Below, piece by piece: positions 1 to 13,000 of a DNA stretch of 64,000 bases. The notes beneath the pieces were generated by a model. That model had not been told where the DNA came from, did not search any database, and saw nothing but the letters and a program-made list of their open reading frames with translations. Each line of letters starts with the position of its first letter. Position 1 is the first letter of the stretch. The position numbers were made by a program, and so were the translations under genes. The stretch is taken from positions 32,674,001 through 32,738,000 of the forward strand of contig OZ024760.1 in the NCBI GenBank assembly GCA_964016885.1, written 5' to 3'. Origin of the DNA: Eledone cirrhosa. Taxonomy: Eukaryota.

Positions 1-2879
1 GTTGTGTAGGTCTCAAGACAGAAAGCACCCAGTCCTCCCTGTACAGTGGTTGTGTAGGTCTCAAGACAGAAAGCACCCAGTCCACCCAGTACAGTGGTTG
101 TGTAGGTCTCAAGACGGAAAGCACCCAGTCCACCCTGTACAGTGGTTGTGTATGTCTCAAGACAGAAAGTGCCCAGTCCACCCTTTACAGTGGTTGTGTA
201 GGTCTCAATACAGAAATCAACCAGTCCACCCTGTACAGTGGTTGTGTAGGTCTCAAGACAGAAAGCACCCAGTACACCCTGTACAGTGGTTGTGTAGGTC
301 TCAAGACAGAAAGAACCCAGTCCACACTGTACAGTGGTTGTGTAGGTCTCAAGACAGAAATCACCCAGTCCACCCTGTACAGTGGTTGTGTAGGTCTCAA
401 GACAGAAAGCACCCAGTCCACCCTGTACAGTGGTTGTGTAGGTCTCAAGACAGAAAGAACCCAGTCCACCATGTACAGTGGTTGTGTAGGTCTCAAGACA
501 GAAATAACCCAGTCCACCCTGTACAGTGGTTGTGTAGGTGTGAAGACAGAAAGCACCCAGTCCACAGTGTACAATGGTTGTGTAGGTCTCTAGACAGAAA
601 GCACCCAGTCCATCCTGTACAGTGGTAGTGTAGGTCTCAAGACAGAAAGCACCCAGTCCACCTTGTACAGTGGTTGTGTAGGTCTCAAAACAGAAAGTGC
701 CCAGTCCACCCTGTACAGTGGTTGTGTAGGTCTCAAGACAGAAATCACCCAGTCCACCCTGTAGAGTGGTTGTGTAGGTCTCAAGACAGAAAGCACCCAG
801 TCCACCCTGTCCAGTGGTTGTGTAGGTCTCAAGACAGAAAGCACCCAGTCCACACTGTACAGTGGTTGTGTAGATCTCAAGACAGAAATCACCCAGTCCA
901 CCCTGTACAGTGGTAGTGTAGGACTCAAGACAGAAAGCACCCAGTCCATACTGTACAGTGGTTGTGTACGTCTCAAGACAGAAAGCACCCGGTCCACACT
1001 GTACAGTGGTTGTGTAAATCTCAAGACAGAAAGCACCCAGTCCTCCCTGTACAGTGGTTGTGTAGGTCTCAAGACAGAAAGCACCCAGTCCACCCTGTAC
1101 AGTGGTTGTGTAAGTCTCAAGACAGAAAGCACCCGGTCCACACTGTACAGTGGTTGTGTAGGTCTCAAGACAGAACGTGCCCAGTCCAACTTGTACAGTG
1201 GTTGTGTATGTCTCAAGACAGAAAGCACCCAGTCCACCCTGTACAGTGGTTGTGTAGGTCTCAATTCAGAAAGCACCCAGTCCACCCTGTACAGTGGTTG
1301 TGTAGGTCTCAAGACAGAAAGCACCCCGTGCACACTGTACAGTGGTTGTGTAGGTCTCAAGACAGAAAGCACCCAGTCCACCCTGTACAGTGGTTGTGTA
1401 GGTCTCAAGACAGAAAGCACCCGGTCCACACTGTACAGTGGTTGTGTAGGTCTCAAGACAGAAAGCACCCAGTCCACCCTGTACAGTGGTTGTGTAGGTC
1501 TCAAGACAGAAAGCACCCAGTCCACCCTGTACAGTGGTTGTGTAGGTCTCAAGACAGAAAGAACCCAGTCCACACCGTAAAGTGGTTGTGTAGGTCTCAA
1601 GACAGAAAGCACCAGTCCACCTTGTACAGTGGTTGTGTAGGTCTCAAGACAGAAATCACCCAGTCCATCCTGTACAGTGGTTGTGTAGGTCTCAAGACAG
1701 AAATCACCCAGTCCTCCCTGTATAGTGGTTGTGTAGGTCTCAAGACAGAAAGCACCCAGTCCATCCTGTACAGTGGTTGTGTAGGTCTCAAGACAGAAAG
1801 CACCCGGTCCACACTGTACAGTGGTTGTGTAGGTCTCAAGACAGAAAGCACCCAGTCCTCCCTGTACAGTGGTTGTGTAGGTCTCAAGACAGAAAGCACC
1901 CAGTCCACCCAGTACAGTGGTTGTGTAGGTCTCAAGACGGAAAGCACCCAGTCCACCCTGTACAGTGGTTGTGTATGTCTCAAGACAGAAAGTGCCCAGT
2001 CCACCCTTTACAGTGGTTGTGTAGGTCTCAATACAGAAATCAACCAGTCCACCCTGTACAGTGGTTGTGTAGGTCTCAAGACAGAAAGCACCCAGTACAC
2101 CCTGTACAGTGGTTGTGTAGGTCTCAAGACAGAAAGAACCCAGTCCACACTGTACAGTGGTTGTGTAGGTCTCAAGACAGAAATCACCCAGTCCACCCTG
2201 TACAGTGGTTGTGTAGGTCTCAAGACAGAAAGCACCCAGTCCACCCTGTACAGTGGTTGTGTAGGTCTCAAGACAGAAAGAACCCAGTCCACCCTGTACA
2301 GTGGTTGTGTAGGTCTCAAGACAGAAAGAACCCAGTCCACCCTGTACAGTGGTTGTGTAGGTCTCAAGACAGAAAGAACCCAGTCCACACTGTACAATGG
2401 TTGTATAGGTCTCAAGACAGAAAGTGCCCAGCCCACCCTGTACACTGGTCGTGTAGGTTTCAAGACAGAAAGCACCCAGTCCACCCTGTACAGTGGTTGT
2501 GTAGGTCTCAAGACAGAAAGTGCCCAGTCCACCCTGTACAGTGGTTGTGTAGGTCTCAAGACAGAAATCACCCAGTCCACCCTGTACAGTGGTTGTGTTG
2601 GTCTCAAGACAGAAAAAACCCAGTCCACACTGTACAGTGGTTGTGTAGGTCTCAAGACAGAAAGCACCCAGTCCACCCTGTACAGTGGTTGTGTAGGTCT
2701 CAAGACAGAAAGTGCCCAGTCCACCCTGTACAGTGGTTGTGTAGGTCTCAAGACAGAAAGCACCCAGTCCACCCTGTACAGTGGTTGTGTAGGTCTCAAG
2801 ACAGAAAGCACCCAGTCCACCCTGTACAGTAGTTGTGTAGGTCTCAAGACAGAAAGAACCCAGTCCACACTGAACAGTG

Positions 2880-3695
2880 GTTGTGTAGGTCTCAAGACAG
2901 AATGCACCCAGTCCACCCTGTACAGTGGTCGTGTAGGTCTCAAGACAGAAAGCACCCAGTCCACCCTGTACAGTGGTTGTGTAGGTCTCGAGACAGAAAG
3001 TGCCCAGTCCACCCTGTACAGTGGTTGCGTAGGTCTCAAGACAGAAAGCACCCAGTCCACCATGTACAGTGGTTGTGTAGGTCTCAAGACAGAAATAACC
3101 CAGTCCACCCTGTACAGTGGTTGTGTAGGTGTGAAGACAGAAAGCACCCAGTCCACAGTGTACAGTGGTTGTGTAGGTCTCTAGACAGAATGCACCCAGT
3201 CCACCCTGTACAGTGGTCGTGTAGGTCTCAAGACAGAAAGCACCCAGTCCACCCTGTACAGTGGTTGTGTAGGTCTCGAGACAGAAAGTGCCCAGTCCAC
3301 CCTGTACAGTGGTTGTGTAGGTCTCAAGACAGAAAGCACCCAGTCCACCATGTACAGTGGTTGTGTAGGTCTCAAGACAGAAATAACCCAGTCCACCCTG
3401 TACAGTGGTTGTGTAGGTGTGAAGACAGAAAGCACCCAGTCCACAGTGTACAGTGGTTGTGTAGGTCTCTAGACAGAATGCACCCAGTCCACCCTGTACA
3501 GTGGTCGTGTAGGTCTCAAGACAGAAAGCACCCAGTCCACCCTGTACAGTGGTTGTGTAGGTCTCGAGACAGAAAGTGCCCAGTCCACCATGTACAGTGG
3601 TTGTGTAGGTCTCAAGACAGAAATAACCCAGTTCACCCTGTACAGTGGTTGTGTAGGTGTGAAGACAGAAAGCACCCAGTCCACAGTGTACAATG
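2880..3695. repeat. 6-monomer (288 bp) higher-order sub-repeat, 2 full copies plus a fused 5-monomer copy
   Basis: The ordered variants GAATGC, GGTCGT, TCTCGAG+GTGCCC, ACCATG, AAATAA, GTGTGAAG+CACAGTG recur at 288-bp spacing. In the third copy GTGCCC and ACCATG fall in the same monomer (~3576-3592). Confidence 0.9.
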
Positions 3696-6600
3696 GTTGT
3701 GTAGGTCTCTAGACAGAAAGCACCCAGTCCATCCTGTACAGTGGTAGTGTAGGTCTCAAGACAGAAAGCACCCAGTCCACCTTGTACAGTGGTTGTGTAG
3801 GTCTCAAAACAGAAAGTGCCCAGTCCACCCTGTACAGTGGTTGTGTAGGTCTCAAGACAGAAATCACCCAGTCCACCCTGTAGAGTGGTTGTGTAGGTCT
3901 CAAGACAGAAAGCACCCAGTCCACCCTGTCCAGTGGTTGTGTAGGTCTCAAGACAGAAAGCACCCAGTCCACACTGTACAGTGGTTGTGTAGATCTCAAG
4001 ACAGAAATCACCCAGTCCACCCTGTACAGTGGTAGTGTAGGACTCAAGACAGAAAGCACCCAGTCCATCCTGTACAGTGGTTGTGTAGGTCTCAAGACAG
4101 AAAGCACCCGGTCCACACTGTACAGTGGTTGTGTAAATCTCAAGACAGAAAGCACCCAGTCCTCCCTGTACAGTGGTTGTGTAGGTCTCAAGACAGAAAG
4201 CACCCAGTCCACCCTGTACAGTGGTTGTGTAGGTCTCAAGACAGAAAGCACCCGGTCCACACTGTACAGTGGTTGCGTAGGTCTCAAGACAGAACGTGCC
4301 CAGTCCAACTTGTACAGTGGTTGTGTATGTCTCAAGACAGAAAGCACCCAGTCCACCCTGTACAGTGGTTGTGTAGGTCTCAATTCAGAAAGCACCCAGT
4401 CCACCCTGTACAGTGGTTGTGTAGGTCTCAAGACAGAAAGCACCCCGTGCACACTGTACAGTGGTTGTGTAGGTCTCAAGACAGAAAGCACCCAGTCCAC
4501 CCTGTACAGTGGTTGTGTAGGTCTCAAGACAGAAAGCACCCGGACACACTGTACAGTGGTTGTGTAGGTCTCAAGACAGAAAGCACCCAGTCCACCCTGT
4601 ACAGTGGTTGTGTAGGTCTCAAGACAGAAAGCACCCAGTCCACCCTGTACAGTGGTTGTGTAGGTCTCAAGACAGAAAGAACCCAGTCTACCCTGTACAG
4701 TGGTTGTGTAGGTCTCAAGACAGAAAACACCCAGTCCACACTGTACAGTGGTTGTGTAGGTCTCAAGACAGAAAGCACCCAGTCCACCCTGTAGAGTGGT
4801 TGTGTAGGTCTCAAGACAGAAAGAACCCAGTCCACACCGTAAAGTGGTTGTGTAGGTCTCAAGACAGAAAGCACCCAGTCCACACTGTACAGTGGTTGTG
4901 TAGGTCTCAAGATAGAAAGCACCCAGTCCACCCTGTACAGTGGTTGTGTAGGTCTCAAGACAGAAAGTGCCCAGTCCACCCTGTACAGTGGTTGTGTAGG
5001 TCTCAAGACAGAAAGCACCCAGTCTACAGTGTACAGTGGTTGTGTAGGTCTCTAGACAGAAAGCACCCAGTCCATCCTGTACAGTGGTTGTGTAGGTCTC
5101 AAGACAGAAATCACCCAGTCCACCCAGTACAGTGGTTGTGTAGGTCTAGAGACAGAAAGCACCCAGTCCACCCTGTACAGTGGTTATGTAGGTCTCAAGA
5201 CAGAAAGCACCCAGTCCACCCTGTACAGTAGTTGTGTAGGTGTCAAGACAGAAAGCACACAGTCCACAGTGTACAGTGGTTGTGTAGGTCTCTAGACAGA
5301 AAGCACCAAGTCCATCCTGTACAGTGGTCGTGTAGGTCTCAAGACAGAAATCACCCAGTCCACCCTGTACAGTGGTTGTGTAGGTCTCAAGACAGAAAGC
5401 ACCCAGTCCACCCTGTACAGTGGTTGTGTAGGTCTCAAGACAGAAAGCACCCAGTCCACCCTGTACAGTGGTTGTGTAGGTGTCAAGACAGAAAGCACCC
5501 AGTCCACAGTGTACAGTGGTTGTGTAGGTCTCAAGACAGAAAGCACCCAGTCCATCCTGTACAGTGGTTCTGTAGGTCTCAAGACAGAAAGCACCCGGTC
5601 CACACTGTACAGTGGTTGTGTAGGTCTCAAGACAGAAAGCACCCAGTCCTCCCTGTACAGTGGTTGTGTAGGTCTCAAGACAGAAAGCACCCAGTCCACC
5701 CAGTACAGTGGTTGTGTAGGTCTCAAGACGGAAAGCACCCAGTCCACCCTGTACAGTGGTTGTGTATGTCTCAAGACAGAAAGTGCCCAGTCCACCCTTT
5801 ACAGTGGTTGTGTAGGTCTCAATACAGAAATCAACCAGTCCACCCTGTACAGTGGTTGTGTAGGTCTCAAGACAGAAAGCACCCAGTACACCCTGTACAG
5901 TGGTTGTGTAGGTCTCAAGACAGAAAGAACCCAGTCCACACTGTACAGTGGTTGTGTAGGTCTCAAGACAGAAATCACCCAGTCCACCCTGTACAGTGGT
6001 TGTGTAGGTCTCAAGACAGAAAGCACCCAGTCCACCCTGTACAGTGGTTGTGTAGGTCTCAAGACAGAAAGAACCCAGTCCACCCTGTACAGTGGTTGTG
6101 TAGGTCTCAAGACAGAAATAACCCAGTTCACCCTGTACAGTGGTTGTGTAGGTGTGAAGACAGAAAGCACCCAGTCCACAGTGTACAATGGTTGTGTAGG
6201 TCTCTAGACAGAAAGCACCCAGTCCATCCTGTACAGTGGAAGTGTAGGTCTCAAGACAGAAAGCACCCAGTCCACCTTGTACAGTGGTTGTGTAGGTCTC
6301 AAAACAGAAAGTGCCCAATCCACCCTGTACAGTGGTTGTGTAGGTCTCAAGACAGAAATCACCCAGTCCACCCTGTAGAGTGGTTGTGTAGGTCTCAAGA
6401 CAGAAAGCACCCAGTCCACCCTGTCCAGTGGTTGTGTAGGTCTCAAGACAGAAAGCACCCAGTCCACACTGTACAGTGGTTGTGTAGATCTCAAGACAGA
6501 AATCACCCAGTCCACCCTGTACAGTGGTAGTGTAGGACTCAAGACAGAAAGCACCCAGTCCATCCTGTACAGTGGTTGTGTAGGTCTCAAGACAGAAAGC

Positions 6601-8589
6601 ACCCGGTCCACACTGTACAGTGGTTGTGTAAATCTCAAGACAGAAAGCACCCAGTCCTCCCTGTACAGTGGTTGTGTAGGTCTCAAGACAGAAAGCACCC
6701 AGTCCACCCTGTACAGTGGTTGTGTAGGTCTCAAGACAGAAAGCACCCGGTCCACACTGTACAGTGGTTGCGTAGGTCTCAAGACAGAACGTGCCCAGTC
6801 CAACTTGTACAGTGGTTGTGTATGTCTCAAGACAGAAAGCACCCAGTCCACCCTGTACAGTGGTTGTGTAGGTCTCAATTCAGAAAGCACCCAGTCCACC
6901 CTGTACAGTGGTTGTGTAGGTCTCAAGACAGAAAGCACCCCGTGCACACTGTACAGTGGTTGTGTAGGTCTCAAGACAGAAAGCACCCAGTCCACCCTGT
7001 ACAGTGGTTGTGTAGGTCTCAAGACAGAAAGCACCCGGACACACTGTACAGTGGTTGTGTAGGTCTCAAGACAGAAAGCACCCAGTCCACCCTGTACAGT
7101 GGTTGTGTAGGTCTCAAGACAGAAAGCACCCAGTCCACCCTGTACAGTGGTTGTGTAGGTCTCAAGTCAGAAAGAACCCAGTCTACCCTGTACAGTGGTT
7201 GTGTAGGTCTCAAGACAGAAAACACCCAGTCCACACTGTACAGTGGTTGTGTAGGTCTCAAGACAGAAAGCACCCAGTCCACCCTGTAGAGTGGTTGTGT
7301 AGGTCTCAAGACAGAAAGAACCCAGTCCACACCGTAAAGTGGTTGTGTAGGTCTCAAGACAGAAAGCACCCAGTCCACACTGTACAGTGGTTGTGTAGGT
7401 CTCAAGATAGAAAGCACCCAGTCCACCCTGTACAGTGGTTGTGTAGGTCTCAAGACAGAAAGTGCCCAGTCCACCCTGTACAGTGGTTGTGTAGGTCTCA
7501 AGACAGAAAGCACCCAGTCTACAGTGTACAGTGGTTGTGTAGGTCTCTAGACAGAAAGCACCCAGTCCATCCTGTACAGTGGTTGTGTAGGTCTCAAGAC
7601 AGAAATCACCCAGTCCACCCAGTACAGTGGTTGTGTAGGTCTAGAGACAGAAAGCACCCAGTCCACCCTGTACAGTGGTTATGTAGGTCTCAAGACAGAA
7701 AGCACCCAGTCCACCCTGTACAGTAGTTGTGTAGGTGTCAAGACAGAAAGCACACAGTCCACAGTGTACAGTGGTTGTGTAGGTCTCTAGACAGAAAGCA
7801 CCAAGTCCATCCTGTACAGTGGTCGTGTAGGTCTCAAGACAGAAATCACCCAGTCCACCCTGTACAGTGGTTGTGTAGGTCTCAAGACAGAAAGCACCCA
7901 GTCCACCCTGTACAGTGGTTGTGTAGGTCTCAAGACAGAAAGCACCCAGTCCACCCTGTACAGTGGTTGTGTAGGTGTCAAGACAGAAAGCACCCAGTCC
8001 ACAGTGTACAGTGGTTGTGTAGGTCTCAAGACAGAAAGCACCCAGTCCATCCTGTACAGTGGTTCTGTAGGTCTCAAGACAGAAAGCACCCGGTCCACAC
8101 TGTACAGTGGTTGTGTAGGTCTCAAGACAGAAAGCACCCAGTCCTCCCTGTACAGTGGTTGTGTAGGTCTCAAGACAGAAAGCACCCAGTCCACCCAGTA
8201 CAGTGGTTGTGTAGGTCTCAAGACGGAAAGCACCCAGTCCACCCTGTACAGTGGTTGTGTATGTCTCAAGACAGAAAGTGCCCAGTCCACCCTTTACAGT
8301 GGTTGTGTAGGTCTCAATACAGAAATCAACCAGTCCACCCTGTACAGTGGTTGTGTAGGTCTCAAGACAGAAAGCACCCAGTACACCCTGTACTGTGGTT
8401 GTGTAGGTCTCAAGACAGAAAGAACCCAGTCCACACTGTACAGTGGTTGTGTAGGTCTCAAGACAGAAATCACCCAGTCCACCCTGTACAGTGGTTGTGT
8501 AGGTCTCAAGACAGAAAGCACCCAGTCCACCCTGTACAGTGGTTGTGTAGGTCTCAAGACAGAAAGAACCCAGTCCACCCTGTACAGTG
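3600..8589. repeat. Tandem duplication of a 52-monomer (2495 bp) unit: ~3600-6094 and ~6095-8589
   Basis: Rare markers recur at an offset of exactly 2495: GTTCAC 3631/6126, 47-bp CGGACAC monomer ~4541/7036, GGTTCT 5570/8065. ORF-track pairs agree (4081/6576, 4560/7055, 5232/7727). Confidence 0.93.
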
Positions 8590-9165
8590 GTTGTGTAGGT
8601 CTCAAGACAGAAAGAACCCAGTCCACCCTGTACAGTGGTTGTGTAGGTCTCAAGACAGAAAGAACCCAGTCCACACTGTACAATGGTTGTATAGGTCTCA
8701 AGACAGAAAGTGCCCAGCCCACCCTGTACACTGGTCGTGTAGGTTTCAAGACAGAAAGCACCCAGTCCACCCTGTACAGTGGTTGTGTAGGTCTCAAGAC
8801 AGAAAGTGCCCAGTCCACCCTGTACAGTGGTTGTGTAGGTCTCAAGACAGAAATCACCCAGTCCACCCTGTACAGTGGTTGTGTTGGTCTCAAGACAGAA
8901 AAAACCCAGTCCACACTGTACAGTGGTTGTGTAGGTCTCAAGACAGAAAGCACCCAGTCCACCCTGTACAGTGGTTGTGTAGGTCTCAAGACAGAAAGTG
9001 CCCAGTCCACCCTGTACAGTGGTTGTGTAGGTCTCAAGACAGAAAGCACCCAGTCCACCCTGTACAGTGGTTGTGTAGGTCTCAAGACAGAAAGCACCCA
9101 GTCCACCCTGTACAGTAGTTGTGTAGGTCTCAAGACAGAAAGAACCCAGTCCACACTGAACAGTG

Positions 9166-10030
9166 GTTGTGTAGGTCTCAAGACAGAATGCACCCAGTCC
9201 ACCCTGTACAGTGGTCGTGTAGGTCTCAAGACAGAAAGCACCCAGTCCACCCTGTACAGTGGTTGTGTAGGTCTCGAGACAGAAAGTGCCCAGTCCATCC
9301 TGTACAGTGGTTGCGTAGGTCTCAAGACAGAAAGCACCCAGTCCACCATGTACAGTGGTTGTGTAGGTCTCAAGACAGAAATAACCCAGTCCACCCTGTA
9401 CAGTGGTTGTGTAGATGTGAAGACAGAAAGCACCCAGTCCACAGTGTACAGTGGTTGTGTAGGTCTCTAGACAGAATGCACCCAGTCCACCCTGTACAGT
9501 GGTCGTGTAGGTCTCAAGACAGAAAGCACCCAGTCCACCCTGTACAGTGGTTGTGTAGGTCTCGAGACAGAAAGTGCCCAGTCCACCCTGTACAGTGGTT
9601 GTGTAGGTCTCAAGACAGAAAGCACCCAGTCCACCATGTACAGTGGTTGTGTAGGTCTCAAGACAGAAATAACCCAGTCCAACCTGTACAGTGGTTGTGT
9701 AGGTGTGAAGACAGAAAGCACCCAGTCCACAGTGTACAGTGGTTGTGTAGGTCTCTAGACAGAATGCACCCAGTCCACCCTGTACAGTGGTCGTGTAGGT
9801 CTCAAGACAGAAAGCACCCAGTCCACCCTGTACAGTGGTTGTGTAGGTCTCGAGACAGAAAGTGCCCAGTCCACCCTGTACAGTGGTTGTGTAGGTCTCA
9901 AGACAGAAAGCACCCAGTCCACCATGTACAGTGGTTGTGTAGGTCTCAAGACAGAAATAACCCAGTTCACCCTGTACAGTGGTTGTGTAGGTGTGAAGAC
10001 AGAAAGCACCCAGTCCACAGTGTACAATGG
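9166..10030. repeat. Three copies of the same 6-monomer (288 bp) sub-repeat
   Basis: Same ordered variant set as at 2880-3695. CTAGACAGAATGC recurs at 9467 and 9755 (offset 288). Confidence 0.9.
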
Positions 10031-13000
10031 TTGTGTAGGTCTCTAGACAGAAAGCACCCAGTCCATCCTGTACAGTGGTAGTGTAGGTCTCAAGACAGAA
10101 AGCACCCAGTCCACCTTGTACAGTGGTTGTGTAGGTCTCAAAACAGAAAGTGCCCAGTCCACCCTGTACAGTGGTTGTGTAGGTCTCAAGACAGAAATCA
10201 CCCAGTCCACCCTGTAGAGTGGTTGTGTAGGTCTCAAGACAGAAAGCACCCAGTCCACCCTGTCCAGTGGTTGTGTAGGTCTCAAGACAGAAAGCACCCA
10301 GTCCACACTGTACAGTGGTTGTGTAGATCTCAAGACAGAAATCACCCAGTCCACCCTGTACAGTGGTAGTGTAGGACTCAAGACAGAAAGCACCCAGTCC
10401 ATCCTGTACAGTGGTTGTGTAGGTCTCAAGACAGAAAGCACCCGGTCCACACTGTACAGTGGTTGTGTAAATCACAAGACAGAAAGCACCCAGTCCTCCC
10501 TGTACAGTGGTTGTGTAGGTCTCAAGACAGAAAGCACCCAGTCCACCCTGTACAGTGGTTGTGTAGGTCTCAAGACAGAAAGCACCCGGTCCACACTGTA
10601 CAGTGGTTGCGTAGGTCTCAAGACAGAACGTGCCCAGTCCAACTTGTACAGTGGTTGTGTATGTCTCAAGACAGAAAGCACCCAGTCCACCCTGTACAGT
10701 GGTTGTGTAGGTCTCAATTCAGAAAGCACCCAGTCCACCCTGTACAGTGGTTGTGTAGGTCTCAAGACAGAAAGCACCCCGTGCACACTGTACAGTGGTT
10801 GTGTAGGTCTCAAGACAGAAAGCACCCAGTCCACCCTGTACAGTGGTTGTGTAGGTCTCAAGACAGAAAGCACCCGGTCCACACTGTACAGTGGTTGTGT
10901 AGGTCTCAAGACAGAAAGCACCCAGTCCACCCTGTACAGTGGTTGTGTAGGTCTCAAGACAGAAAGCACCCAGTCCACCCTGTACAGTGGTTGTGTAGGT
11001 CTCAAGACAGAAAGAACCCAGTCTACCCTGTACAGTGGTTGTGTAGGTCTCAAGACAGAAAACACCCAGTCCACACTGTACAGTGGTTGTGTAGGTCTCA
11101 AGACAGAAAGCACCCAGTCCACCCTGTAGAGTGGTTGTGTAGGTCTCAAGACAGAAAGAACCCAGTCCACACCGTAAAGTGGTTGTGTAGGTCTCAAGAC
11201 AGAAAGCACCCAGTCCACACTGTACAGTGGTTGTGTAGGTCTCAAGATAGAAAGCACCCAGTCCACCCTGTACAGTGGTTGTGTAGGTCTCAAGACAGAA
11301 AGTGCCCAGTCCACCCTGTACAGTGGTTGTGTAGGTCTCAAGACAGAAAGCACCCAGTCTACAGTGTACAGTGGTTGTGTAGGTCTCTAGACAGAAAGCA
11401 CCCAGTCCATCCTGTACAGTGGTTGTGTAGGTCTCAAGACAGAAATCACCCAGTCCACCCAGTACAGTGGTTGTGTAGGTCTAGAGACAGAAAGCACCCA
11501 GTCCACCCTGTACAGTGGTTATGTAGGTCTCAAGACAGAAAGCACCCAGTCCACCCTGTACAGTAGTTGTGTAGGTGTCAAGACAGAAAGCACACAGTCC
11601 ACAGTGTACAGTGGTTGTGTAGGTCTCTAGACAGAAAGCACCAAGTCCATCCTGTACAGTGGTCGTGTAGGTCTCAAGACAGAAATCACCCAGTCCACCC
11701 TGTACAGTGGTTGTGTAGGTCTCAAGACAGAAAGCACCCAGTCCACCCTGTACAGTGGTTGTGTAGGTCTCAAGACAGAAAGCACCCAGTCCACCCTGTA
11801 CAGTGGTTGTGTAGGTGTCAAGACAGAAAGCACCCAGTCCACAGTGTACAGTGGTTGTGTAGGTCTCTAGACAGAAAGCACCAAGTCCATCCTGTACAGT
11901 GGTTGTGTAGGTCTCAAGACAGAAATCACCCAGTCCACACTGTACAGTGGTTGTGTAGGTCTCAAGACAGAAAGCCCCCAGTCCACACTGTACAGTGGTT
12001 GTGTAGGTCTCAAGACAGAAAGCACCTGGTCCACCCTGTACAGTGGTTGTGTAGGTCTCTAGACAGAAAGCACCCAGTCCATCCTGTACAGTGGTTGTGT
12101 AGGTCTCAAGACAGAAAGCACCAGTCCACCTTGTACAGTGGTTGTGTAGGTCTCAAGACAGAAATCACCCAGTCCACCCTGTACAGTGGTTGTGTAGGTC
12201 TCAAGACAGAAATCACCCAGTCCTCCCTGTATAGTGGTTGTGTAGGTCTCAATACAGAAAGCACCCAGTCCATCCTGTACAGTGGTTGTGTAGGTCTCAA
12301 GACAGAAAGCACCCGGTCCACACTGTACAGTGGTTGTGTAGGTCTCAAGACAGAAAGCACCCAGTCCTCCCTGTACAGTGGTTGTGTAGGTCTCAAGACA
12401 GAAAGCACCCAGTCCACCCAGTACAGTGGTTGTGTAGGTCTCAAGACGGAAAGCACCCAGTCCACCCTGTACAGTGGTTGTGTATGTCTCAAGACAGAAA
12501 GTGCCCAGTCCACCCTTTACAGTGGTTGTGTAGGTCTCAATACAGAAATCAACCAGTCCACCCTGTACAGTGGTTGTGTAGGTCTCAAGACAGAAAGAAC
12601 CCAGTCCACACTGTACAGAGGTTGTGTAGGTCTCAAGACAGAAATCACCCAGTCCACCCTGTACAGTGGTTGTGTAGGTCTCAAGACAGAAAGCACCCAG
12701 TCCACCCTGTACAGTGGTTGTGTAGGTCTCAAGACAGAAATCACCCAGTCCACCCTGTACAGTGGTTGTGTAGGTCTCAAGACAGAAAGCACCCAGTCCA
12801 CCCTGTACAGTGGTTGTGTAGGTCTCAAGACAGAAAGAACCCAGTCCACCCTGTACAGTGGTTGTGTAGGTCTCAAGCCAGAAAGAATCCAGTCCCCCCT
12901 GTACAGTGGTTGTGTAGGTGTCAAGACAGAAAGCACACAGTCCACAGTGTACAGTGGTTGTGTAGGTCTCTAGACAGAAAGCACCCAGTCCATCCTGTAC

